The notes beneath the pieces are model-generated. The model saw nothing but the letters and a program-made list of their open reading frames with translations, was not told the origin of the DNA and did no database searches. The position numbers and the translations under genes are program-made. From Mustelus asterias (taxonomy: Eukaryota): DNA of 64,000 nt. The stretch is from positions 2,418,001-2,482,000 of the forward strand of contig NC_135815.1 of assembly GCF_964213995.1 (NCBI RefSeq). Direction: 5' to 3'. Positions 35,801 to 46,679 of this stretch are shown here, one piece after another; position 1 is the first letter of the stretch, and each line of letters opens with the position of its first letter.

Positions 35801-38800
35801 ATGGTCCTCGGTGCCGTGATCGGGCCGTGGAGGGGGCTGGAGGGGCAGCACTGTGGGGGTCCCGGGCTGGCCAGTGATCGATCTGGCCAGCAAATGGCGC
35901 ATGCACAGAGTTCCAGAACTGCCAGACCCCGCCGCGAATAGGCCCCGCCTCCGGATTTTTAATAATATTAACAATTGGGACATCTGCATTGCACAGAGTG
36001 CAGAGATTCGGGCCTGAAAAAAGAATCATGATCGAAACCAGTTTTCTCGACAATTCAGCACTTTTGGGAGAATTGCCCTCTTCATTTCTGGGAATGGGAG
36101 TTTTTATTCCTGAGTTCCGGACACATAGTTTCTTGCAATAAAATATAAATTGCAAATGGTTGTAGTAGCTTGATCAATTTTCCCTTTGTGATTTGGTCAG
36201 CCTGGTTATTACCACCTGCCATGTCTTAAATGTGGATGGAAATTTGCATGAGGAGATACGAAGTTTGCTTGTGCTCACATGGGGAATTTCAGAGATAAAT
36301 AACAGGGTATTTACAACTGGCAAAGATCAGAAATGAATAAAACAATGTTATTAAATTTATTCTGATCAAAGGAATAGTGGCCATAAAGACAACACGCACA
36401 AGGCCGCTCTCTGCACACAAAAGGACTATGTTCCAGCTGTGCGCCTTTTTCCAAAATAAATGGGAAATTTGGGAGTCTCTAATTCAGACAACTCTCTCCA
36501 TGGCAACAAGTCAGCCAATCTGAGTTGACTTTCTAACCAATTGTCCTATTTTTCTCCCGTTGAGTAAATTGTGATTGTTTGAAATTTAATATTCTTGTGT
36601 TTTTCCTGATGAGTGTAAAATGAAAAGCTTCAGCAACACGTCTCTCTATTCGATGAGATTCAGGTCCTAAACCACGAAGGGACGGATCATTTATAATTCC
36701 TCACACAAATCGATATGACTTCATTTGAATCACCCAGCCCATTGGTTCAGTCTCAGCATCTCTTTAACAACAAACTTTCCCTTTAAACGTTTTGTAACCT
36801 CCAGACTGGTTTTTAAATTGTTGATATTTTCCTCTTTTTAAAGGTGCGAATGTTCCAGTCCTTACCCAGTCTCCGAGTGTGGAACGTGTCACAGAGGGTC
36901 AGACTGCACGGTTACAGTGCACCATGGGGAACGCTGCAGTGACAGACACTGATGTTCACTGGCACCGGGAGCTACCTGGGAAAGATAGGGAGAGAGTTTT
37001 AACACTGGATACAGGCAATAACATACACCGGAGCCCAGGTTTCACTGAGCGTTTCCAGCCTTCCAGAGACACCTCCAATAACAGCTTCATTCTGACAATC
37101 ACCGTGGTGCAGCCCAGTGACACGGCCGTCTATTACTGCTCAGTGTGGGGAGATATCAGTGGGAACGGGACACAGCTGAATGTAACCAGTAAGTCCAGTT
37201 TACATAACAATCTCCTGAAGTAATCACCACTTGTGACTGTGTGGGAGATGAGTATGTGAGAAATATCACAAACCCCTGTGGTAATGGGAACACATTAGAA
37301 AAATAGACTGGGTGATCTCATGCGCTCTTATTAAAGAATAAAAATTGTGCATCGCTCCTGATTTCTCAGTCTTCAATTCTTTGACATTTTCTCTGTTTCT
37401 CTGTTTCTGTTTGTTTCTAATCTTTCTCCCTCTCCTTTGTTTACTCAGCTTTCTGTCAGCGTGCTGTCTCCAGCTGTTTCTGTTTTATATTCATTCTTGG
37501 TGGGCATTACTGGTTAGGGTCCACCACTAGTTGTCCTTGAGAAGGTGGTGATGAAACAGCCTCTTGAACTGTTGCAGTCCATGTGGTGTAGGTGCATCCA
37601 CAGTGCTGTCAGGATTGGAAATTCCAGGATTCTGACCCAGCGACAGTGAAGGAACAGCGATATATTTCCAAGTCAGGATGGCGAGTGACTCGGCGAGAAG
37701 CCTCCAGGTGGTGGTGTTCCCATGTGCCTGCTGCCCTTGTCCTTTTAGAGTCATAGTCATCGAGTCGTAGAGTCGCAGAGTGCAGAAATGGTTGAGGTTA
37801 TGGGTTAGGAAGGTTCTGTATTTGGAGCCTTGGTGAGTTCCTGCAGTGCATCTTGTAGATGGTACACACGGCTGTCACTGTGTGTCCATGGTGGTGGGAG
37901 TGAATGTTTAATGTGATGGGTGAGGTCCCAATCAAGCACATTGGCTTTGTTCTGGATGGTGTCGAGCTTCTTGAGTGTTGTTGGAGCTGTACTCATCCAG
38001 ACCAGTGGAGAGTATTCCATCACACTGCTGACTTGTGCCTTGCAGGTGGTGGACAGGCTTTGGGGAGTCAGGAGGTGAGTTACCCTCTGCAGGATTCCCA
38101 GCCTCTGACCTGCTCTTGTAGCCATAGCTTTTATATGGCTAGCCCAGTTCAGTTTTTGAACAATTCTAACCCCAGGATGTTGACAGTGGGGATTCAGTGA
38201 TGGAAATGCCATTGAATGTCAAGGGGCGATGGTTAGATCCTGTCTTGTTGGAAATGTTCATTGCCTGACACTAATGTTACCCACCACATATCAGCCCGAG
38301 TCTGAATGTTGTCCAGGTCCTGCTGTGTGCAGGAACAGCCTGCTTCAGCAATGGAGGAGTAATGAATGGTCCAATCATTAATGAACATCCTCACTTCTGA
38401 CCTTATGATGGAAGGAAGGTTATTGATGAAGCAGCTGAAGATGGTTGGGCCTGGGACACTATCCTGAGGAACTCCTGCAGTGATGTCCTGGAGCTAAGAT
38501 AATTGACCTCCACCCATCTTCCTTTGTGCCGGGTATGACTGCAGGTGGAGAGGAAAAGGTGAGGAAAGCAGTGAGAAGAGTGGGATTCGGGAAATTAGGG
38601 GTTTCTGGGAATATGATGTCATACATGAGAAATGAGCAGGGAACCAGTGGAGGCTGGGATCAGGGAGGAGGAATGGGTGAGGTTTCGAGCTTGGCACACT
38701 GCTGGGTGCCAGGAATAGTGAGAGTCATAGGGATGAGGAACGTATGTTAGCCGAGGCAACAATGTCCACATCTTGGGAAAGACAATGCTTCAGGTTGGGA

Positions 38801-41800
38801 TCCGTAGAAGGAGCACAGCCAAATTGCCTCTTTAGAGTTGGGAACCACGTGTCAGGCCATTTCATCTCAAAAAACAACTGTCTGGCTATCTGTTCAATAT
38901 GTTACTGTTGGTAGAGTTGCCAGATGCCCTTGTTATGAATCTTGGTTGAGTTCCAGATTGACTATGGACCGAGTCAATGAGATAATGTTAACATAGTTTG
39001 AAGCAAAGTGCTCCTAGTTATTTGACTGACATTTCTAAGGTTGCGAGAAGTTTCTTTCTTTGTGGTTTTTCAATGCCTGTTTGTTTATTTGAACACAGTT
39101 AAGAGATGTTAAAAGGCTTAAAACTTTACCCACTGATGCTACGAGTGGCAATGGTTATTTGACACTTTGCCTCTTGCTCACTGTATCAATTTCAGAAACA
39201 TTTCAATGAATTCCCAGCTGTGCTCATGGCATATGGCTTCTATACATAGTGGATACTTGGAGAGTAGGTGTGGAGCATGCATGGGAAAATGGAAAGGGCA
39301 TGAGGTTGCAGTAAGCAAGGAAGGATATGATGAGTCATGGAGGAGGCCTGAGGGTTATCAGGAAGGGCGGGATCTTAGAGTGAAGTTCCACAATTGGCAG
39401 AATGTAACAGGACAGGTCGATATGGTGGGATAAGTTTGAAATTCCCTGTGTCTATTTTTACCAATTCCCAACAATCCCGGAAGGGGAAAATCCAGGCCAG
39501 ATTGATAGGATGGGGTAAAGAAGAGGATTAGCAGCAGTAAATCAGTCCGTGTGCGGTCACGCTGCAATTATTATACAGGAAATTTCAAACTTTATACCTT
39601 TACTTTCGCCTTTCATTCATCTTTTTAAACAATAATTTGAGTTCTTCCAATAATCAGCTGTGAAGATTGTGAAGTTTATCTAGTCGATAGTTTGTTTTCT
39701 GTGGGTGGGAATGTGCACTGAATGGATAATATCAGCAAATTCTAGAACATTCAGCAGATGCCCTTTTGTCACATCATTCCCTCCCTCGCTGCAAACAACA
39801 ATTTCCATGTTGGAAGAATGAGAAAATTGGGGTGGCACGATGGCCCAATGATTAGCATTGCTGCCTCACAGAGCCATGGACATGGGGTCGATTCCCAGCT
39901 TGGGTCACTGTCTGTGTGGAGCCTGCACGTTCTCCCCGTTTCTGCGTGGGTTTCCTCCAGGTGCTCCGGTTTCCTCCTACAGTCTGAAAGATGTGCCGGT
40001 TAGGGTGCATTGACCCGAACAGGCACCGAAGTGTGGCAACGAGGGGATTTTCACAGTAACTTCACTGCAGTGTTAATGTGAGCCTACTTGTGACTAATAA
40101 ATACATTTTACTTTAGAATACTCTGCAGATCATTATTGTAACCAGAAGAAGATTTCTAAAATGTTGCATTTCAAGTTCTATGATTTTTCTTTCTCAATAT
40201 TAACAGCTCCATTGTCTGACCCAGTCCTCATGCAGTATCCAACAGTCAGCAAGGTGCCAGAGGGTCAGGCTGTCGACTTACAATGTGCCATGTACAATGC
40301 CAGTGTGATTGACACTGATGTCCACTGGCATTACCAGCGAGCTGGCTACCGCAGTGAGTGGCTGATCAGCCAGTTTGTGAATGGCACCATTACCAAGTCC
40401 CGGGATTCCCACCACCGTTTTCAGCCTTCCCGGAATGTCAGCAGCAACAGCTACATTCTGACCATTGTGAATGTGACCCTCAATGATACAGCTGTGTACA
40501 GATGCAGTGTGTGGAGCTACATTCATGGAGCAGGGACCCAGCTCAATGTCACTGGTAAGTCAATGCTGAGTGACTGGCGTGTGCATGGAATGGAAGGGAG
40601 CATACAGAATGGCAGAGTGCTCATCCAGGCCTTCGTTCCAAAGATTGAATTAGGTTGGACTGGTTAGGAAGTCAGGCCTGGAGGGACCTAAGTGAGAAAC
40701 TGAATCACAGAATTGCAGAGAAGACCATTCGTCCCATCATGTTTTCACCCTCGCTCTGAATGCTCAACTCGCCGAGTGCCATTCCCCTGCAACCCTGAAC
40801 ATTTCTCCACTTTTGATAACAGTCTAATTCCCTTTTGAATGCTTCAATTGAACCGGTCTCCACCACACTCTCAGACAGTGCATTCCAGATCCTAACCACT
40901 CGCTGTGTGAATCTGTCTCCACCACACTCTCAGACAGTGCATTCCAGATCCTAACCACTCGCTGTGTGAATCTGTCTCCACCACACTCTCAGACAGTGCA
41001 TTCCAGACCCTAACCAGTCGCTGTGTGAACCTGTCTCCACCACACTCTCAGACAGTGCAATCCAGATCCTAACCACTCGCTGTGTGAATCTGTCTCCACC
41101 ACACTCTCAGACAGTGCATTCCAGACCCTAACCAGTCGCTGTGTGAATCTGTCTCCACCACACTCTCAGACAGTGCATTCCAGATCCTAACCACTCGCTG
41201 TGTGAATCTGTCTCCACCACACTCTCAGACAGTGCATTCCAGATCCTAACCACTCGCTGTGTGAATCTGTCTCCACCACACTCTCAGACAGTGCATTCCA
41301 GATCCTAACCACTCGCTGTGTGAATCTGTCTCCACCACACTCTCAGACAGTGCATTCCAGATCCTAACCACTCGCTGTGTGAATCTGTCTCCACCACACT
41401 CTCAGACAGTGCATTCCAGATCCTAACCACTTGGTGTGTGAATCTGTCTCCACCACACTCTCAGACAGTGCATTCCAGATCCTAACCACTCGTTGTGTGA
41501 ATCTGTCTCCACCACACTCTCAGACAGTGCATTCCAGATCCTAACCACTCGCTGTGTGAATCTGTCTCCACCACACTCTCAGACAGTGCATTCCAGATCC
41601 TAACCACTCGCTGTGTGAATCTGTCTCCACCACACTCTCAGACAGTGCATTCCAGATCCTAACCACTTGGTGTGTGAATCTGTCTCCACCACACTCTCAG
41701 ACAGTGCATTCCAGATCCTAACCACTCGCTGTGTGAATCTGTCTCCACCACACTCTCAGACAGTGCATTCCAGATTCTAACCACTCGCTGTGTGAATCTG

Positions 41801-44800
41801 TCTCCACCACACTCTCAGACAGTGCATTCCAGATCCTAACCACTCGTTGTGTGAATCTGTCTCCACCACACTCTCAGACAGTGCATTCCAGATCCTAACC
41901 ACTCGCTGTGTGAATCTGTCTCCACCACACTCTCAGACAGTGCATTCCAGATCCTAACATCTCGCTGTGTGAAAAAGTTTTTTCTTCATTTCTCTTTGGT
42001 AAATTACTTTATTTTGATGCCCTGTGGTTCTCGATCCTTTCACAATGGGAACAGTTTCTCCTGATCTACTCTGTCAGACCTCCAATGTTTTTGAATACGT
42101 GTCAAATTTCCTCTCAGCCTTCTCTCCTCCATGGAAATCAGTCCTAATTTCTACAATACTTCTCCAAAGGCCAGGATACTGTGTGCTTTATTAACTGCTC
42201 TCTCCACCTGTCCTGTCAGCTTCAATGAATTATGCATACACACACTCAACTGTCTCTGTTTCTGCACCCCCTTTAGATTTGTAACCCCTATTTACATTGT
42301 CTCTTTATGTTCTTCCCACCGACATGTATCTCCTCACATTTCTCTGTGTTGAACTTTATCTGCCACCTGTCTGCCCACTCCAACATTTTGTCTCTGTCCT
42401 TTTGAATTTCCAAACGATATTCCTCACAGTTTCCAATACTCTCAAGTTTCAGATCACCCACAAATGTTGAAATTGTGTTCTGTACACTAAGGTCTCGGTC
42501 ATTCATGTATCTCAGGAAAAGCAAGATCCCAGCACTCAGCCCTGGGGAACTCCACTACAAATGATGGGCTGATCTTGGGCTTGAACTCCATTCGCTGCCT
42601 GCTCACCATGTCTCTGAATTCCCCGACAGAGCAACATCTCTGTATTCCAGCCTTAAATGTATTTAACAATGGAGCATCCACATCCCTCTGGGTGCAGCAC
42701 TGGAGAGATGGTTGCTGAGTTTGTGAGGTTTGGTGAGTGTGGACAGGCAGAGAAAGCGGATCATTCCTCATCCTCCCAACTTCACACAAACAAGCGTTTG
42801 GAAGCTCTGGGATTGTTTTGAATGTTCTGTGATTCTTTGGTATTGGTGCAAACTGCTACTGGATCACGGGTCTCTGCTCTGCTAAATGACTGATCTCTGG
42901 GATTGTTTCAGATCCATAAAAAAAGGCAACAATGTTAGAGGAAGAAGCCATTATGTTGCACTGGCCTTTCATTCCAGGCTGTTAACTTGCCACGTATCAA
43001 AGGGACATGTTTACCCGAATGTGCTCAGCAGAAACTGACAGAAACAGGTTCTGTCTGATTTTATTTCCATTCAGGTCGATGTACATTACTCAAACTGAAG
43101 CTGTAGTGTGTGTAACATTCTGATATTTTACAGAAGAATCATCCTCCAATAATCCCTGGACTTCAGATCCCGTTGTGTTCAGCCTGGCTATCATTCTGCC
43201 CTTGGTTGTCTTGTTCTGCATTGCTCTGCTCACAGGTTATCTTGTAAAAAAGAGGTTCTGTTCAGCAAAGAACTCCACACCAAGGTAAATACGATTCATC
43301 TTGTGTCTGCTGCTGTAACTGGACAGGGGCACTATTTTATAACTTGCTGCTTTTAGTGAGGAGTAACTTTTCCCTTGTCGCGTACAGTTCATGCGGAGTG
43401 ACCTGCTACTGATGAGAGCCACACATGTCCAGATGCTCAACTGGTGCCAGTCATCTCCAACTGTCACGGCATCACACTTACTCCAGCACTGACCAACAGG
43501 CACCTAACCTGCTGCTGAGAGTCAGGAAGGTTTTAACAGTTAAAGTACGAAACATCACCCTCAGGATATAAGTGCTGGATAATTCCCCACCTAGCCCACC
43601 GAATGAACTAGATCAGAGCGCTGGTTTCATGCCTGTGTCTCGCTAGCTGCACAGTCCCTCATGATGCTCAGACCAAGTGAGAACAGTTAGAATGGACACT
43701 CTGTGTAAGCAGCCTACTTCAGCCATTACCCTCCCCACAAGGAAACAATCCAATCATATTTACCCACCCTGTTCCCACATCTCTTCAGTTTCCTTTTCCA
43801 TCACCTCCCCCTCGAATCTAATCTCAATGCTGACATTATTTCTGCCTCACCCTCCCTTACGTGGCCAGGAGTTCCAACCTATCTGGAAGAGACTGAGACA
43901 CAGGTTCTGTCCCGTTGTCCCCAATCCAAACTCCCTGTGTGTCCTCTCGCTGCTCCCCGGGCTTTGGGATACAGGAAGCAAGAAGCAAAATGATTGGTTT
44001 ATTGATATCGAGACACAACAGTTTTATGAACTTACCCAGGTGTGGAAATCAGAATCAAGGATCATCATTCCCTCTGGGAGACCAAGGGTTAATCGCTCAC
44101 GACTCTGAACTTGTCCCTGACGAGAAATCATTGCAAAATGAGAAGTTTCTCAAACAATTCTTTCACTTCCTCAATCTGGAACAATAATAAGTTGCATGAT
44201 CCTGATCAAGCTTCCCAGCATGCTTTCTGATTTTGGTCAAATTCTTTGCCTTATTGTTGGAGCAAGTTCTGTCTATTTAGGAAATGATTCAGTTGATCTT
44301 GCTCATCCGTGAAATCTTCCATAAAAAACTAATATGGGAAATCCATGTTGTAAAATCTAAACTGCATCTCCACCCAGAGTGTGAATATTACAGCGCTGTT
44401 CTGTGGTAAAGTCGCAATTAAGCTAATGTGTGGCATTTCTTTAGGGTTCCTGATGGAGACCAGAACCCTGTGTACGCAACAGTGGATAGTAAGTAAACTC
44501 ATTCAATCATTATTGCAAAGTTTGGCAGGAATTACTCTCAATCCCAGATGTCCCTTTGATGCTGATAGTTTTGTGATGTAATTAACTTGAGAATAATTTG
44601 ACCAATTCATTGTCTGATTGACAGAATTTACTGTTAAAGGTTGTAAATCTACATCCTACAGAATGAAGATGGCAGGAGGCTGCCCCCAGCCTTGTAGCTG
44701 CACTGTGAAACACCCCCTCAGTGTGGCAATGCTGCAGCCAGTGGTCCCAAAGAGATAGAAACTTCCAGAAAGCCCAAGGAACCAGCTTGTAGTGATCACG

Positions 44801-46555
44801 CCTTTGTAGATCGAGCACATTGTCCGTTCCCAGAGGGATTCCTCGGGATAGAGAAGGTTCAGATCTGACCCAGTAAAGAGTTTAAAGATAGTGAGGTTTT
44901 GATGGAGAGAAAACCTATTCCCTCTGGCGAACGGATCAATAACCAGTGATCATCGAATTCAAATCACTGGGTAAAGATCTAGAGGGCAGATGGGGAGAAA
45001 TGAGAGTTGTTGGGATGTGGAATACTCGAGCTGGAAATGTGCTGGAAGCTGATTCCAGAAATAATCGGAAAAGAGAGTTGGACAAGTGCTGGAGGATGAG
45101 GAATTTCATGGATTGTGGATAAAAAGCAGAAATGTGGGATGAAGCACAATGACCTAGTACAGGCCGAATGGGGCGAATGGCCTCCTCCTGTTGTGTGAGA
45201 TTCTGATTTGGATGATGAGGTTTCGAAGACAGTGCAGCTGATGGAGAATAATCCACACGTCCCCCATTAGCTTCACTCTGAGAAAACTGCCCAAGGTGAC
45301 ACTGGGATTTTTCATTCGCTCTCATTCAAAGTTTAAAAAGCTCCATCTTTCTGTGGATCTATTCAGAAGTAACATCGTTGTGTTTCCTTTCAGATAAAAC
45401 CCAGAGCAGCAATCAAGAAGCAGCTTCTTCTGCCTTGGTAAGGAAATGCCGTACAGCTGTTGTGTTGCACAACACCAAGTTATTGAGAATGTCGTTAGTT
45501 CCCTTTCTGTAACTAACAGGTCCCGTCCCTTGTAACATCAGCAATTACTGTGGAAGAGCAGCTTTCCAACTGCACTGAGTCAACTCTCTGCCTCACCCAA
45601 CACAGAAATATTCTGGAGTTTACTGTACAGAACCAGTTACACAATATGTATGAAGTTTATATAAAATGTGCAATTCGGACAGAATTAGAAGCGTTTTGCA
45701 GCTAAAACCTAAACAATAGCAGTAGGAGTCGGCCATTCAGCCCATTGAACCTGCTGTCCCATTCGATACAATCATGGCTGATCACCCACCTCAATTCCAA
45801 CTTCCTTCACTATCTCCATATTCTTTAATTCATTTATTATCCCAAGTATTCCTGTTTAGGTTCCTGTAAGAAGCTGCAACACACAAATAGGCCTTGGATC
45901 GGGGAGATGGAATCCGTTGATTCCAGTTGGGAGAGAGAGCGGCTTGTCTCAACTGGCTTTGGATTTTTTACAATCTGTTTACAGGACATGGGCGTCGCTG
46001 GCTCGACCCAGCATTTATTGCCCATCCCTAATAGCCCCTTGAGAAGGTGATGGTGAGCTGCCTTCTGGATCCGCTGCAGTCCCTGTGGTGTAGGTGCTTG
46101 AGCTGTAAAAGATCCCGGGGCACTATTTGGAAGGTTGGCAGAGGAGTTGTCCTTTAATGTCTCGGTGGTATTTATCCCTTGATCAACATTATCACAGCCC
46201 ATAATCAGGTCACTGTCACATTTCTCTTTATGGGATCTTGTTTTGTACAAATTAGCAGCTATCGCAGTGTGACCAGTGTCAATAAAAAGCACATCCCAGC
46301 AGCTCGTCAGTACCTTCCAGAGAGAGAAAGAAACCATTCAGTTAAAAATAACTCCATTCGATCTGTTCACAGAGACATTCCTTTGTTGCGTTTGGACGAT
46401 GTTCAGTGATGAATGTTTCTATTGGATTCCAGGCCGGTGAAGGGGAATGTAGTTACGCCGAGCTTCGATTCCATGGTCAAGGCAGCATCCAGCTGAGAGT
46501 AACAGTTGCTGAGAGTCCCACAGAGTACTCTGCTGTGAAGCGCACTCAAAACTGA
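29552..46555 (+). CDS. Spliced gene model, 5'-partial (leader exon not found): tandem VJ-type IgSF inhibitory receptor, V1-V2-V3-TM-cytoplasmic tail with ITIM-like and ITSM motifs, about 463 aa without leader. Exons 29552-29887, 36844-37188, 40207-40554, 43134-43284, 44445-44488, 45394-45437, 46433-46555
   Basis: All junctions are GT-AG with pyrimidine tracts. Intron phases chain correctly (1,1,1,2,1,0) into one open frame ending in TGA at 46553-46555. Domain order is that of a type I receptor. Inclusion of V1 in the same transcript is inferred from phase only. Confidence 0.8.
30618..30878 (+). mobile_element. tRNA-derived Deu-type SINE (SacSINE-like); related copies at about 56970-57275 and 59386-59720
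   Basis: B box GTTCGAATCCC, then conserved core gggaaggaaatctgccgtccttacc(t/c)ggtctggcctac shared by the three copies. Confidence 0.65.
30957..32100 (+). mobile_element. LTR-like repeat (family of 27-1606) with internally duplicated 3' part
   Basis: Starts ...gatgatactgtgcctttaagaaatgt; contains gaatca(c/t)acctggagt twice. Confidence 0.55.
33905..36078. mobile_element. Non-autonomous DNA transposon (possibly PIF/Harbinger-like), GC-rich interior, hosting a CR1
   Basis: Terminal inverted repeats GGGCGATTCTCCCA / TGGGAGAATTGCCC. Confidence 0.55.
34110..35225 (+). mobile_element. 5'-truncated CR1 (frameshifted RT C-terminal half)
   Basis: ORFs 34260-34583 (FADD) and 34469-35137; (GTTTCTTT)n-like tail. 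Confidence 0.85.
36844..37188 (+). CDS. Ig V-set exon 2 (V2), pre-joined VJ domain
   Basis: Acceptor cctctttttaaag|GT GCG AAT GTT CCA; ANVPVLTQSPS...LQC...DVHW...DTAVYYCSVWGDISGNGTQLNVT; donor GTAAGT at 37189; phase 1-1. Confidence 0.92.
37495..38545 (-). mobile_element. Degraded LINE (CR1/L2 group) 3' fragment in the V2-V3 intron
   Basis: LNWASHIKAMATRAGQRLGIL...KAQVSSVMEYSPLVW resembles a non-LTR RT C-terminus. Confidence 0.65.
39829..40115 (+). mobile_element. HE1-like V-SINE
   Basis: tRNA-like head (GGTCGATTCCC) plus V-domain core tgtgtggag..tgcacgttctccccg...gggtttcctcc.ggtgctccggtttcctcc.acagtc; AATAAA/TTTA tail. Confidence 0.8.
40207..40554 (+). CDS. Ig V-set exon 3 (V3), membrane-proximal, rich in N-glycosylation sequons
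   Basis: Acceptor tttctttctcaatattaacag|CT; PLSDPVLMQYP...LQCAMYNASVIDTDVHW...DTAVYRCSVWSYIHGAGTQLNVT; donor GTAAGT at 40555; phase 1-1. Confidence 0.92.
40855..41972. repeat. 59-bp minisatellite, about 19 copies, derived from the CR1 3' coding end
   Basis: Unit TCTGTCTCCACCACACTCTCAGACAGTGCATTCCAGATCCTAACCACTCGCTGTGTGAA; the - strand reads FTQRVVRIWNALSESVVET; embedded in a degraded - strand CR1 (about 40703-42560). Confidence 0.95.
43134..43284 (+). CDS. Stalk/transmembrane exon
   Basis: Acceptor tgatattttacag|AA; EESSSNNPWTSDP-VVFSLAIILPLVVLFCIALLTGYLV-KKRFCSAKNSTP(R): 25-residue hydrophobic stretch followed by basic KKR; donor AG|GTAAAT (phase 2). Not in the ORF track. Confidence 0.88.
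44445..44488 (+). CDS. Cytoplasmic exon 1 (VPDGDQNPVYATVD)
   Basis: Acceptor catttctttag|G completes the phase-2 Arg codon; donor GTAAGT at 44489 (phase 1); carries a tyrosine motif. Confidence 0.8.
45394..45437 (+). CDS. Cytoplasmic exon 2 (NKTQSSNQEAASSAL)
   Basis: Acceptor gtttcctttcag|AT, donor TTG|GTAAGG; converts phase 1 to phase 0, as required to join the flanking exons. Confidence 0.75.
46433..46555 (+). CDS. Terminal cytoplasmic exon with ITIM-like (CSYAEL) and ITSM (TEYSAV) motifs
   Basis: Acceptor gtttctattggattccag|GCC (phase 0); AGEGECSYAELRFHGQGSIQLRVTVAESPTEYSAVKRTQN*; aligns without gaps to the - strand exon at 60684-60803. Confidence 0.85.
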   Translation, partial: AGEGECSYAELRFHGQGSIQLRVTVAESPTEYSAVKRTQN

Positions 46556-46679
46556 AAGCAAATCAACAAGACAAAGCAAGCAGGCAGGAAACCCCTCACC
46601 CAATCACAATCATCTCTGCCTTTGCTGCACATTTTGACAGGTTCAATCTCCCACACCAATATTCCTGCAAGATCAGACA

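Noticed and set aside
35283-36155. Gly/Pro-rich ORFs
   Set aside because: GC-rich interior of a TIR-bounded non-autonomous element.
36604-36632. Additional hammerhead-like core (CTGATGAG...GAAA)
   Set aside because: Stem II cannot pair convincingly; at most a decayed retroposon remnant.
29552-40554. Germline-joined Ig light-chain or TCR locus
   Set aside because: No leader exon before each V, no C1 constant exon and no RSS. The V exons splice in phase to each other and to a TM/ITIM tail.
40855-41972. CRISPR-like array or tandem RSS array
   Set aside because: Head-to-tail units with no unique spacers; CACAGCG has no nonamer; the sequence is CR1-derived.
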